64,000 bases of DNA from Chiloscyllium plagiosum (lineage: Eukaryota), in NCBI RefSeq assembly GCF_004010195.1, contig NC_057712.1, forward strand, positions 93,986,256-94,050,255. Reading direction: 5' to 3'. The position numbers and the translations under genes were made by a program. The notes under the pieces were generated by a model. That model was not told where the DNA came from. It saw only the letters and a program-made list of their open reading frames with translations, and ran no database searches. The stretch's first letter is position 1. Each line of letters opens with the position of its first letter. Below, piece by piece: positions 38,181-50,295 of the stretch.

Positions 38181-39087
38181 CTGGATTAGTGGTGCTAGAA
38201 AAGCACAGCAGTTCAGGCAGCATCTGAGGAGCAGTAAAATCGATGTTTCGGGCAAAAGCCCTTCATCAGGAATACAGGCAGAGTGCCTGAAGGATGGAGA
38301 GATAAATGAGAGGAGGGGGGGGGTGGGGAGAAAGTAGCATAGANNNNNNNNNNNNNNNNNNNNNNNNNNNNNNNNNNNNNNNNNNNNNNNNNNNNNNNNN
38401 NNNNNNNNNNNNNNNNNNNNNNNNNNNNNNNNNNNNNNNNNNNNNNNNNNNNNNNNNNNNNNNNNNNNNNNNNNNNNNNNNNNNNNNNNNNNNNNNNNNN
38501 NNNNNNNNNNNNNNNNNNNNNNNNNNNNNNNNNNNNNNNNNNNNNNNNNNNNNNNNNNNNNNNNNNNNNNNNNNNNNNNNNNNNNNNNNNNNNNNNNNNN
38601 NNNNNNNNNNNNNNNNNNNNGAGGTGCGGGAGGAGGTGTGGGCGCAGGTTTTACAGTTCCTGCGGTGGCAGGGGAAAGTGGCAGGATGGGAGGGTGGGTC
38701 GTAGGGTGGGCATGGAGCTGTCCAGGTAGTCACGGAGGGAACGGTCTTTGCGGAAGGTGGAGAGGGGTGGGGAGGGAAATATATCCCTGGTGGTGGGGTC
38801 TTTTTGGAGGTGGCGGAAATGTCGGCGGATGATTTGGTTTATGCGGAGGTTTGTAGGGTGGAAGGTGAGCACCAGGGGCGTTCTGTCCTTGTTACGGTTG
38901 GAGGGGTGGGGTCTGAGGGCGGAGGTGCGGGATGTGGACGAGATGCGTTGGAGGGCATCTTTAACGACATGGGAAGGGAAATTGCGGTCTCTAAAGAAGG
39001 AGGCCATCCGGTGTGTTCTGTGGTGGAACTGGTCCTCCTGGGAGCAGATACGGCGGAGGCGGAGGAATTGGGAATACGGAATGGCAT
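38181..39087 (-). mobile_element. Penelope-like retroelement (Neptune-like), 5'-truncated; contains N gap 38344-38620
   Basis: ORF 38651-39094 (AIPYSQFLRLRRICS..FFRDRNFP..TPLVLTFHP) is the PLE RT thumb/linker; CHRRNCKTC zinc knuckle; family B terminus. Confidence 0.92.
38238..38273 (-). ncRNA. Minimal hammerhead ribozyme-like motif (family B)
   Basis: Minus strand reads uc-CUGAUGA-A-GGGC-UUUU-GCCC-GAA-ACAU-C-GA, with a perfect stem II. Confidence 0.68.
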
Positions 39088-41249
39088 AAACCAAAACCCC
39101 TGGTGCAAGTTGTTTGTGCTATTCCGATCATGATTTAAAATAATGTTTAGAAAATCATTGGGAATGTGTACTTGAATCAGCAATATCAATAAGTTGACAG
39201 AAATTGAGTCTTGTTCAAAGACAGCTTCAAATCATGATGCACAAGTGATTTTATTTTGGTCACTATGTTTTGTGAGGTGATATAAGCATCTATCTTTTGG
39301 AACCAGGAATTATATATCTGCAGACAAATGGTAAATCTGAACAGGAACACTTTCTTGCTGATCCTCTCATTTCTACAGCCGATTGTAGACCAGAACTCAA
39401 ACTCCCTGTCTCTGGGTCACCTGACCAGCTGTCTTAAAGGAATAGTATCCCAGCTAGATACATAACACATCCGACACCTTACATTTTGAATCGTTGACTA
39501 TAGCAGCATATGACAACTAGGTAATAATGTAGACCTGCACCCAGCACACACTAAGAGTGGAATCATCCCAATCCCATGTGGATGAGCTTCAAGTCGAGAC
39601 CAGGAAGAAAAGCAATGAATAGTCAATCTGCATAATCTAGCTAAGTGTCCAGTTGCAGGCACTTTCTGGTCGATGCTGTTTGTGAAGTAGCAGGAGATGG
39701 CTTGCCATGGTTCAGCCTTGAGTGCTTGCGGGACCTCCTGCTTGAACATCAATGGAACTACAGCCATCAATGGGCCATAGGCATGGCTGTCATCCACTTA
39801 GTTAGATTTGGCACCTCTCCACAGGGTGCTGCAAATTGGAGGCACCCTTGCAGTGCCCTCCCGCAGTGGTAGCAGCACCCATCTCCAGCAATGGGCTTGC
39901 ATTCTTCAACAGCTGCAAGCCTTCTGATTGGACCGACAACCTCCAGGTCCTGACTGCAGTCCTTAGCCAGAGGAGGATGTGGAGCCGTCCATTTAATTGG
40001 TTGCCTCTGGGGAAAATTTTCTCGGGCCCTGGCAGTGAAGACTGCAAGTTGGCACTCCTGCCAGCAGTCATTCCTAATAATATTTGTCTACTCAAATTTA
40101 ATGGTTTACAGCATTCCAAAAAGCTTGGAAGAGATCAAATTGTTTTAGGCATCATTGAGATTTGCTATTTACTGCGGATTTTTAATTGGATGAAATGTAT
40201 GCTGTTATATAGCTTTCCAAGCATTGTCCAATGAAAAGTTGGATCCTGTTACAAGGAACAAATATTGTATTTTGTGGACAGAGATCTAAAGCTTCATTTA
40301 AAGCTTCATTGTCAGCTGTGAGCAGAATTTAAAGATCGTCTGGTTTAGAAAGTGAAACCTTCATCTTAAATTAATTAACAAAATAATGCTCTATTTAGCA
40401 AAGGCACAATTCAGAAGTTGACTGATAGGGAGGTGAGATCCTCCTGAACAATGGCCACTAGTGTAATGCCTCTGCCAAGAATAATGCAATTGTATCTGTT
40501 GTTCTTACACAGGAGTTTCAGCAGCCCCTTGGAGACATCTTTCTAGATGGATGGGTCAAACTTGTACTTAACGCTGTTCTTGCAAAGCACTTGATAATTC
40601 AGCCAGTTAATTATCCCTTGCACACTCCTGTGTGAAATTTCTTACAACAGTTGAAGTCTTTCTGAAGTTGTGAAGTTGTCTTAGGAGATATTGTTTTATT
40701 CTTTACACAATAGCATTGAACCATAAGTCAGTGCATAGACACACATTGTTTAACTGTGTGAAGGTAAGTGCTTGGCTTTGGACTATTTCAGTTAGCAGAT
40801 TGATACTAAGGCCAAACTACCCCTCCAACTGAGTCCAACTTGCATTTCATGGGGCTAGCCAGCTGGATTAACAAAATCTATAGAGCACAGTAACATTCTC
40901 AGTTCCCTGAGGCCTCTGACCATATCGTAGCTTCTGCTGTCTCAAGACTGAAGAAAGTGTGATTTAATGAAAGAAATACATTATATTAAATTGTATATTA
41001 ATTTGAGATTATAAGTTGCTCAAGTTTAGGAGAGGAGATTAAACATTGAAATATTTTAAAATTCTCATTTCAATGTTTCCATGTTTGAGGGCGATTACCA
41101 TGTTGGCAAGACAGGCTCCGCACGCTAGGGGAGTTTGGCCGAGTCAATGTAAATGCATTTCAGCCAACAAACAGAATGAAACTGCTTCTCATCAATCCCC
41201 AGTTATCCCCAGTGTCCTGACAAATATTTATTTATTGAAAGTTCTATTG

Positions 41250-41350
41250 TAGAATACTTAGTCATAATCATGTTGTAATTGTGGGAGTTCGCTGTCTGCG
41301 TTTTGGCTGCTACATTATTACATCACAACAGTGACTACATTTTAAAAAGA
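41250..41350 (+). mobile_element. Deu-domain SINE remnant
   Basis: tgtgggagttcgctgtctgcgttttggctgct...acatcacaacagtgactacattttaaaa resembles the Deu core. Confidence 0.55.
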
Positions 41351-41655
41351 TAACTTACAACAAACTCCTGGGTGAACCCCCCCCCCACCAATTTATTATG
41401 GTTCCAGAAGGACATCGCAAACGTTTAAGCTCTCAGGTACAGAGGGACAAACTGGCTCCCCTTCTTTATTAAAAAAGAGTCCTCCTTGTAGATGTCTTTC
41501 GCTCAGACAGAATGGATTTATGTTTTCAAAGGAGCCAATTTAATCAGCCTTCCTCAACTTAACAAAAGAGTGAGTTTGTTAGTTACTCAATGCAAAAAGA
41601 ATTAATAACTCAACATACATTCACAGAGATTAGGAATCTTGAAGGGCAAAACACA

Positions 41656-42001
41656 ACAGGGTGGCACAGTGGCTAGCACTGCTGCCTCACAGCGCTAGGG
41701 ACCCAGGTTCGATTCCAGTCTTGGGCAACTATTTATGTGGAGTTTGCACATTCTCCCTGTGTCTGCATGGGTTTTCTCTGGGTGCTCTGGTTTCCACCCA
41801 CAATCCAAAGATGTGCAGGTTAAATGAATTGGCCATGCTAAATTGCCCATAGTGTTCAGGAATGTGTAGGTTAAGTGCATTAGTCAGGGGTAAATGTAGA
41901 GTAATAGGGTAGGGGAATGGGTCTGGGAGGGATACTCTTTGGAGAGTCAGTGTGGACTTGTTGGGCCAAATGGCCTGTTTCCACACTGTAGGATTCTATG
42001 A
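41656..42001 (+). mobile_element. HE1-type V-SINE
   Basis: gtggcacagtggctagcactgctgcctcacagcgc, B box ggttcgattcc, V domain, tail ggcctgtttccacactgtaggattctatg. Confidence 0.9.
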
Positions 42002-43214
42002 TAAACAAAAATCTGCAAGAGGTGGGCGTGATGGGAATAGTCAGTTCCCTTCTTATCTCTTCCAGTTACATTTCCCTTTATCTGTTTGAAGTTTCCTTGA
42101 CTCTGCAAATGTGACATTCCATGGATCCCACGCAGGACTCTGCCAGGCAGCACTGAATTTACATCTGCGGTTGTTTCCTTCTTCATAGAAGTGTATGTTA
42201 AAAATGTACATTTTAAAATTAAAAGTTAAAATGCCCATAGTATTTTGACATTCTGATTTGTCATCACAATAGCAGTACAGCACTTTGAGACATCCAGTGG
42301 TTGTGAAAAGTGCCATATAAATGCAAATCCTTCTTTCAAATATTCACAAATTTAAACCTCAGCATCCAGTGAAAACAACTCACAATTCTGTTATTGTGCA
42401 CCAGGGATTCATACAGTGGTCCCAATGGCATTTTAGCTGGCATCACTGAAGCAGGCTTTATATTCTTAAAGAAACAATGCTCCTTGCCCCTGAAAGGTAG
42501 CTTATTAATGTATGTTTGTTTTAGTTTTCTATGTCACGTTTCCACCCTTACAGCCAACAGGAATTCATTCATAAGTAACAAAAAGTCAAGTTTCACATTC
42601 TCAATTGTTTGAGGTTTGTGCGATTGACCTTTTGTGACTTGGCATTACCCTGAATTCAATGATGCTAGAACAACATGGCCTCCTGGGTACAGGGGACATT
42701 AATCTTCAGAATAGATTCTCCCTTGGTAGTAACCTGCTGGCTGTTCACTAATTGTTAAACTCATTAGCTCATGGTTGTTTTTTTATTTTTGCTACCTTTG
42801 CAGCAGTTCATTGTATCCCAGCTGTATCCTGAGTATTGTCGCAGTAATTACTTTTCTCCCTTATGCTTTCTGTGACACTTTGAAACTAAGCAGCTTTACA
42901 AAACTTTTGTACTATCACATTAGATTCATGTTCAATGCTGAGAATTGCATCTTTGAAGCTTGGTTGGTAGTATGCATAATCACTGCACAGTTCCCATCAA
43001 AATGTGAACTAGATATGGCAAAAAGTACATCTCAGGCATTGAGTCTTTGGATAATTAAACATTGTTGGTCTGGAGGTGATTTGGATAGTGGTGGTTGGAC
43101 ATGAGGATTAAATATTTGTTATGGGGCTGGCTATATTGGTCATTAAGGTTGGATTATGGTGTACCTAATTAAGTAGCTTATAGGCCAGGATGAAGAACCT
43201 CTGATTCTCCAGGC

Positions 43215-43423
43215 ATGGAAGGGGTATTAGGAAAATACTTACCAGAGGAAGTGGTGGGGGCTGGTACAATTACAACATTTAAAAGGCACATGGAAGGGTT
43301 TAGAGGGATATGGGCCAAATGCTGGCAAATGGGATTGGATTTATTTAGGCTTTCTGGTTGTCATGGACGGGTTGGACCAAAGGATGCATTTCTGTGCTAT
43401 ATATCTCTATGACTCTATGACTC
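43215..43423 (+). mobile_element. CR1 3' end
   Basis: LPEEVVGAGTITTFKRH and tail ctctatgactctatgactct. Confidence 0.85.
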
Positions 43424-43639
43424 TTCCATCAATCCTTTCTCTCCTTCATTCACCTGCCAGGCTTCCCAAGTCCAGGAAAATATATCTTTAATTGTCAAAT
43501 AAGTTCAATTTAAGAATTCCATTTGTCAGTGTAATTAACATGTTACAAGAATGATAATCGCCGTGATATATATACCTTCTTTACTGTAAAGATAAAAGGA
43601 CCTGACTGGAAACTTTAATCTCACTTCTGTTAGAAAAAA

Positions 43640-44460
43640 AAACTTGCATTTGTAAAGCACCTTTATTGTAGTGAAATTCCCAAGTTACTTTCCAGAGGCA
43701 TTGTAACACGATGTTCTGTCACATAAAGGCAATATTAGGTCAGGTGACCAAAAGATTGGGTCCACGTGGTAGGTTTAGTGAGAGTACTAAAGGAGGAAAA
43801 TGAGGTTATGAGGAGGAGGAGAGATTAGATTAGATTAGATTAGATTAACCCACCCATTCCCCTACATTTACCCCTTTACCTAACACTACGGGCAATTTAG
43901 CATGGCCAATTCACCTAACCTGCACATTTTTGGATTGTGGGAGGAAACCCACGCAGACACGGGGAGAACGTGCAAACTCCACACAGTCAGTCGCCTGAGT
44001 CGGGAATCGAACCCGGGTCTCTGGCGCTGTGAGGCAGCAGTGCTAACCACTGTGCCACCGTGCCGCCCACAAATGTAGGGACGATAGTCCAGCGCTTAGG
44101 GCCGAGATAGCTGAAAGCACACAACCAGCAGTGGAGAGATTAAAGTAGAATCTGACGCCAGAATCGGAGAAGGGCAGAGATTATTTTAGTCACTTGTGGG
44201 CATCGTTGCCTGGGCTAGAATTTATTGCCTGTCCATAGTTGTCAGCGCACTAAAACCTTCTCAAGGGCAACTAGGGGGTGGGCAAAAAATTAATGGCCCA
44301 GCCAATAATTTCCATAAGAGAATAGAACAAAGACTCTCAGAGTAGAGAAAGGGCAGTGGGGTTTTCACAGAGGGGTGAGGCTATCTCAAAATTTACAAAG
44401 GAAGATGAAAATTTTGAAACCAAAGTGTTTGCTGACTGTGAAACGATACAATTCAGTGAG
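43640..44460 (-). mobile_element. L2-type LINE 3' remnant with nested insertions
   Basis: aacttgcatttgtaaagcacctttatt...aaaggaggaaaatgagg, resuming after the SINE as tagggacgatagtccagcgcttagggccgagatagctgaaagcac. Confidence 0.55.
43822..44070 (-). mobile_element. HE1-type V-SINE, internally deleted
   Basis: (attag)n tail and ...gctaaccactgtgccaccgtgccgccc head; the CR1-like segment before the tail is missing. Confidence 0.92.
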
Positions 44461-44547
44461 TGCCTGAAAATGGAATTTTGGAGTTAGATTGAGATCCAGA
44501 TCCAAAAATGTCCATTTTCATTACTAACCAGGCTCCATTCTAGGGAG

Positions 44548-44608
44548 GTAAAAACAATGACTGCAGATGCTGGAAGCCAGATGCTCTTCCAGCACCACTG
44601 ATCCAGAA
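44548..44608. mobile_element. 61-bp PLE-terminus insertion with internal inversion (family B)
   Basis: 14-bp TSD tccattctagggag (44534-44547, 44609-44622); the two halves match 63738-63821 in opposite orientations. Confidence 0.85.
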
Positions 44609-44696
44609 TCCATTCTAGGGAGTTCAACTGTCCCTCTGTCCTCAGTCCATCCAATGTTTCTATCCTTATTAAGGAAAGTCATTTAACAAATAAGTC

Positions 44697-45025
44697 AGGG
44701 AGCAGCACCAGAGACTTGGGTTCGATTCCACCCTCAGGCGACGCTCCATGTGGAGTTTACATGTTCTCCCTGTGTCTGTGTGGATTTCCTCCGAATGCTC
44801 CGGTTTCCTCCAAAGATCTGCAGGCTGGGTTGATCGGCTATGTTAAATTGCCCATTGTGATCAGGGATGTACAGGCCAAGTGAATTAACCATGGGAAATT
44901 CAGGGTTACAGGGATTGGGTAGGGGGTGTGGGGCTAGGTGGGAAGCTGTTCAGAGGGTGGGTGTGGACTTGATGGATTGAATGACTTGCTTCTACATTGG
45001 AGGGATTCTATGAAACTCTATGAAA
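44697..45025 (+). mobile_element. Older HE1/V-SINE copy
   Basis: B box ggttcgattcc, V domain ggatttcctccgaatgctccggtttcctcc, tail gggattctatg. Confidence 0.8.
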
Positions 45026-45465
45026 TAAGCTAAATCAATCTTAGATATTTCATCAGTTTGTGCTGTATGATATTCTGAAAGACACTTCATGTCCTTTAAA
45101 TTCATTTATTGCATGTAACTATAATAATGATTGCAATATTCTGTCATCTTCAGAGGTTTGATGAATAACAATAAAAATATTTCAGTCTGTTGCATTGTGC
45201 TACAGTACCCTCAACTCTTGTTCTAGCTTGCACAATGAATACCTTATCATGCTAACACATAGCTCTACTGAGTTAGTGCAATTTTGCTTATTCACTCATG
45301 TTGATCAATATCTATTCTACAATTCTATTTGTCAGGCTGAACTACACCACCTCACACCCACTAACAGGTAGCAAATCATTTGTGTAAAAATCAATCTTAC
45401 TTGGCACAGAACATTATATGTCCAAAATGTGCATTCTAATGGCCATGACCTATTTTAGCCAACCT

Positions 45466-46075
45466 TTTTATTCATTCATGGGATGTGGTTGTCACTGGCA
45501 TTTGTTGACAATCCTTTATTGCCCTTGAAAAGATCAGTCACTTTCTTGAATGCAATTGAATGAGTTGCTATGTCTTTTCAAAGGGTTTGTTGTTTGTAAG
45601 TTATGATGTGGAGGAGCCAGTGTTGGACTGGAATGAACAAAGTTAAAAATCACACAACACCACGTTATAGTCCAACAGGTTTATTTGGAAGTACTAGCTT
45701 TCGGAGTACTGCTCCTTCAACAGGTAGCTGTGGGACAGGATCATAAGACACAGAATTTATAGTAAAAGATTTTGCTGTAAATTTTGTGTCTTATGATCCT
45801 TCTCACAGCTACCTGATAACGGAGCAGCGGTCCGAAAGCTAGTACTTCCAAATAAACTTGTTGGACTATAACCTGGTGTTGTGTGATTTCAACTTTGTAA
45901 GCTACACAGGGTAAGGATGCAGGTTTCCTTCTCTGGAGATACCAGTGAACCAGATGGAGTTCTATAATACTTTGACTGCCTTTACTGACACTAGCTTTGC
46001 ATTCTGTTTGATTGAATTTAAATTCCCCAGTTGCTTCGTGGAGTTGTTGCCACATCATTAGTCCAGACTTCTGCA
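45466..46075 (-). mobile_element. MetaSINE-like element split by a PLE palindrome
   Basis: Tail ttattcattcatgggatgtgg at 45468; reverse Meta-like core gggtaaggatgcaggtttccttctctggagataccagtgaaccagatgg from 45910. Confidence 0.6.
45601..45893. mobile_element. Fold-back PLE-terminus palindrome (family A)
   Basis: Arms of about 125 bp (about 45637-45765 and 45771-45898); 8-bp TSD tttgtaag (45593-45600, 45894-45901); decayed hammerhead cores on both arms. Confidence 0.88.
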
Positions 46076-46345
46076 AGTGCAAGTTTGCATGCTCTGATAC
46101 ATTAGAGTGAGATAACAACAGGGCACACAGTCTTATTTTAGCACTCGGTTTTCAAAACACTGTTGTTGCACACCTCTGACCCAATTGGATAATCTCTATT
46201 TGACCACACAAAGCAAGTTTCGAGACAGTTAGCAATGCACCTGGATGAATTGAGCAGGAACTAATTCAATTTGCATAAGGACAAAAGCAATGTTGAGTGT
46301 GACTCAGTCTGACACCTCTCAGCAATGAAATACATAATAGCACTG

Positions 46346-46546
46346 ATGATTTGGAGATGCCGGTGTTGGACTGGGGTGTACAAAGTTAAAAATCACGCAA
46401 CACCAGGTTATAGTCCAACAGGTTTAATTGGAAGCACACTAGCTTTCGGAGCGACACTCCTTCATCACAAGGAGCGTCGCTCCGAAAGCTAGTGTGTATC
46501 CAATTAAACCTGTTGGACTATAACCTGGTGTTGTGTGATTTTTAAC
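46346..46546. mobile_element. Fold-back PLE-terminus palindrome (family A)
   Basis: 10-bp TSD aatagcactg (46336-46345, 46547-46556); arms about 46385-46462 and 46469-46546. Confidence 0.92.
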
Positions 46547-47339
46547 AATAGCACTGGTAATCAATATCCCAATTTATATTGGTGCTACTGCTGATGAGAA
46601 TGTAACAGACTTGAGTGCGCAAAACCATCAAAACGGAACACCATGTTTCACGATTCCCACATAATCAAAATTCCAACAACAGTGTCTCCAGCTAATATAG
46701 TTAAAGGTTAGCTGCAGCCAATAGTGGCATTAGGTTATATCCAGCCTTTCCAAGCGGCCTGTAGGTGGACTAATGCTTCAGTCCACTTGTACAGATCAAC
46801 AATGCACTTTTGACCAGCATGATTCTGCTGACCTCTCTGTCATCAGAACAATTGTTGGCCAAACTGGCAAAGCTGTTAAAATAATTTTGCAATAAATCTC
46901 TACGACTCTATAACTCTAAATGTACATGTAGAAATTTTGGACGTACAAAGTTGGTTCAGTGTTATACTTGAAAAATGATCTATTACTATTAGATCCATTC
47001 CACAGTACAGGGCAGACGGAGTTCTCCAGCAAGGAGTTTGGTTTATATTTCAGAAACAATTCATGGTCAAGCCAGAGCCTTCCTTTTTTTAATTGCAGAA
47101 AATATCTTCAACCTGCTGATAATACACTGGTCCACCCTAAGTTTATAGTGCAAATACATTTTTAAAAATTGCCATCAACCTTTCATTTGTGTACTTATCA
47201 ATTTACTGTGCTCTTTGCAAATCAGATTAGATAAAGGTCACTGATAAATTTCATAGATATTATAAAGGTCACAGGGGTAGAAACATTTCAGAATGGATTT
47301 ACATAGAAGTCATACTTGATAAAATACACCGGAATTCTT

Positions 47340-48421
47340 CAAGGCTGCCATTTGGATACAGAACTGGCTCAAAGGTAGAAGACAGAGGGTGGTGGTGGAG
47401 GGTTGCTTTTCAGACTAGAGGCCTATGACCAGTGGTATGCCCTAAGGATTGGTGCTGGGTCCACTACTTTTCATCATTTATATAAATGATTTGGATGTGA
47501 ACATAGGAAGTATAGTTAATAAGTTTGCAGATGACAGCAAAATTGGAGGTGTGGCAGACAAGGAATAAGAGTACAATGGGATCTTGAACAGATGGGCTAA
47601 TGGGCCAAGGAGTGTCAGATGGAGTTTAATTTGATAAATGTGAGGTGCTACATTTTGGAAAGGCAAATCAGGGCAGGACTTATACACTTAATGGGAAGAT
47701 CCTGGGGAGTGTTGCTGAACAAAGAGACCTTGGAGTGCAAGTTCATAGTTCCTTGAAAGTGGAATCGCAGGGAGATAGGATAGGCATTTGGTATGCTTGC
47801 CTTCATTGATCAGTACATTGTGTATAGGAGTTGGGAGATCACGTTCCAGCTGTACAGGACATTGGTTACACCACTTTTGGAATATTGCATGCAATTCTGG
47901 TCTCCCTGCTCTAGGAAGGATGTTGTGAAACTTGAAAGGTTCAGAAAAGATTTACAAGTATGTTGCCAGGATTGGAGGATTTGAGCTATAGGGAGAGGCT
48001 GAACAGGCTGGGGCTATTTTCCCTCAAGTGTCGGTGGCTGAGGGGTGACCTTATAGAGGTTTATAAAATCATGAGGGGCATGGTTAGGATAAATAGACAA
48101 GGTCTTTTCCCTGGAGTGGGGAGTGCAGAACTAGAGGACATAGGTTTAGGGTGAGAGGGAAAAAATTAAAAGGGAACCTAATGGGCAACATTTTCACGCA
48201 GAGGGTGGTGTGTGTATGGAATGAGTTGCCTAAGGAAGTGGTAAAGGCTAATACAATAACAATGTTGAAAAAGGCATCTGGATGGGTTTTTGAATAGGAA
48301 TGGTTTAGAGGGAAATGGGCCAAATGCTGGCAAATGGGACTAGATTAATTTAAGATATCTAGTCAACATGGATGAGTTGGACTGAAGGATCTGTTTCCAT
48401 GCTGTACAACTCTATGACTCA
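47340..48421 (+). mobile_element. CR1 (HER1-like) LINE, 5'-truncated
   Basis: aagtttgcagatgac (KFADD), LEYCMQFWSP, YRERLNRLGLFSL, tail ctatgactc. Confidence 0.92.
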
Positions 48422-48440
48422 ATGAAAGTCAAGTTAGAAC

Positions 48441-49121
48441 TGAAGTGGGAGATGACACAGGGCAGGGTGATACTAGGCACACAAGATGGCCGCCGAGCCA
48501 TCAGTTGGCCAACTTGACACATAAGATGGCCGCTGGATCACAACATGGAGAGAAACAGCAGAGCAGATGCAGACACTGCCTGAGGCCACCAAAATGCCAG
48601 TACAATGCACTTGATTATTTTAAGGCGGGTGGGGGAGAGAATACACTTGAGTAATGAACACTGCCCGCTGAAGTGTGTGGGTACAGCCGGCGCCTCTCAT
48701 AGAAATGCTAACAACGTGGTACAGACTCAATACGAAGTGCTAATAGCTAGGACGGGAGTAATCATCCTTTTCAGGAAGAGTAATTAGCACCCATTACTAC
48801 AGCAATGGTATTCCATGCAGGCATTGAAACTGACATTTGTCTACCCTGAAACTGACAATGACTGTATCGAAACTATCAATGATTCTGTAATGATTACTAT
48901 AAACAAACCATGTACAAAGACAATAATCTCATCACTGACCTATTGTATCGCAAGATATATAAAAATTTCTCGACATGTGCTCCGGGTCGAGAGAAGACTC
49001 GCAGCTGACCACTGTGCTGTTGTTGTCTTTCGCTCCCTGGGGCTCCAGTATTTCCTTGTACAATAAACTCTGTCATTGAACCCTGACTCTGACTCCGAGA
49101 CTGGTGACTTTCCCCATAATA
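48441..49121 (+). mobile_element. Probable ERV-type solo LTR
   Basis: About 680 bp starting tgaagtgggaga and ending tttccccataata; near-TSD gaac/gaat; two aagatggccgc motifs; TATA gatatataaaaa about 48953; AATAAA about 49062. Confidence 0.6.
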
Positions 49122-49124
49122 GAA

Positions 49125-50295
49125 TTAATAGCGATGATTGGGAGAGCTAGTGGTTGTGGTTTATTTGGACTTTAAAAAGGCTTTCGATGAAGTGCCACAT
49201 GAGAGATTAATGTAACATTTGGGGTTAGTGTATTGAAACAGATAGAAAATTGGTTAACAGACAGGAAACAAAGGGTAATAAACAATAAATAATAAGGGGT
49301 CTTTTTCTGAATGGCAGGCAGTGACTGCAGGGATTGGCAAGAGGACGGCAGCTATTCACAACATATGTTAATGACTTAGATGAGGGAAATAAATGTAATA
49401 CCTCAAAATTTGGAGATGGCACAAAGCTGGGTGGAACGGTGAGCTGTGAGGAGGATGCAGAGATGTCGCAGTGTGATTTGGACAAGCTGAGTGAGTAGAC
49501 ATGGCAGGTACAGTATAGTGTGGATAAACATGAGACAATCCAAAAATACGAAGGCAGGTTATTATTTGAATGGCTGTAAATTGAGAGACGGTTATGTTCA
49601 ATGAGAATGGGGTGTTCTCATGCACGAGTCAGTGAAAGTAAGCAACAGGCAGTAAGCTGACAGCAAGAGAGTGAGAGTATAGGAACAAAGAAGTCTTGCT
49701 GCAATAATACAGGGCATTGATGAGGCTACACCTGAAATATTGTGTGCAGTTTTGGTCTCCTAATCAGAGGGAGGATGTTCTTGATATAGAGGGAGTGCAG
49801 TGAAGGTTTATCACATTGATTCCTGGGATGACAGGACAGATATACGAGGAGAGATTGAGTTGGTTAGGATTGTATTCCCTGAAGTTTAAAAAAATTGAGG
49901 GAGGATCTCATAGAAACCTAAAAATACCAACAAGACTGGACAGGTCCGATGCTGGAAGGATGTTCTGATGGTCGGGGTGTCTATAACCAGAGCTTATCAT
50001 TTAAGGATATAGAATAAACCTTTTAGAACTGAGATGAAGAGAAATTTTATCATCCAGAGAGTGATGAGCCTGTGAAATTCATTACTATAGAAAGTAGTTG
50101 AGGCCAGAACATTGTGTTTTTGAGAAGGAGGTAGATATAGTGTTTGTGGCTAAAGGGATCAAGGGATATGGGGGAGAGCAGGATTAGGATATTGAACTTG
50201 ATGATCAGCCATGATCATAATGAAAGGCTAGAGGGATTGAAAGGCCTACTCCTGCTCCTACCTTCTATATCTGTACCTACGATCTCTGTGTCTAT
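49125..50295 (+). mobile_element. Decayed CR1 LINE
   Basis: ttggactttaaaaaggctttcgatgaagtgccacat (LDFKKAFDEVPH), KFGDGTK, tattgtgtgcagttttggtctcct, and 3' UTR gatcagccatgatc. Confidence 0.88.

Noticed and set aside
38266-38733. Long ORFs spanning N runs (also 31595-31934 and 57960-58172)
   Set aside because: Their length is an artefact of assembly gaps.
38748-39189. Several overlapping ORFs
   Set aside because: These are shadow frames of the GC-rich Penelope ORF.
41355-41650. Possible LTR fragment
   Set aside because: No defined TG..CA ends, TSD or partner copy could be found.
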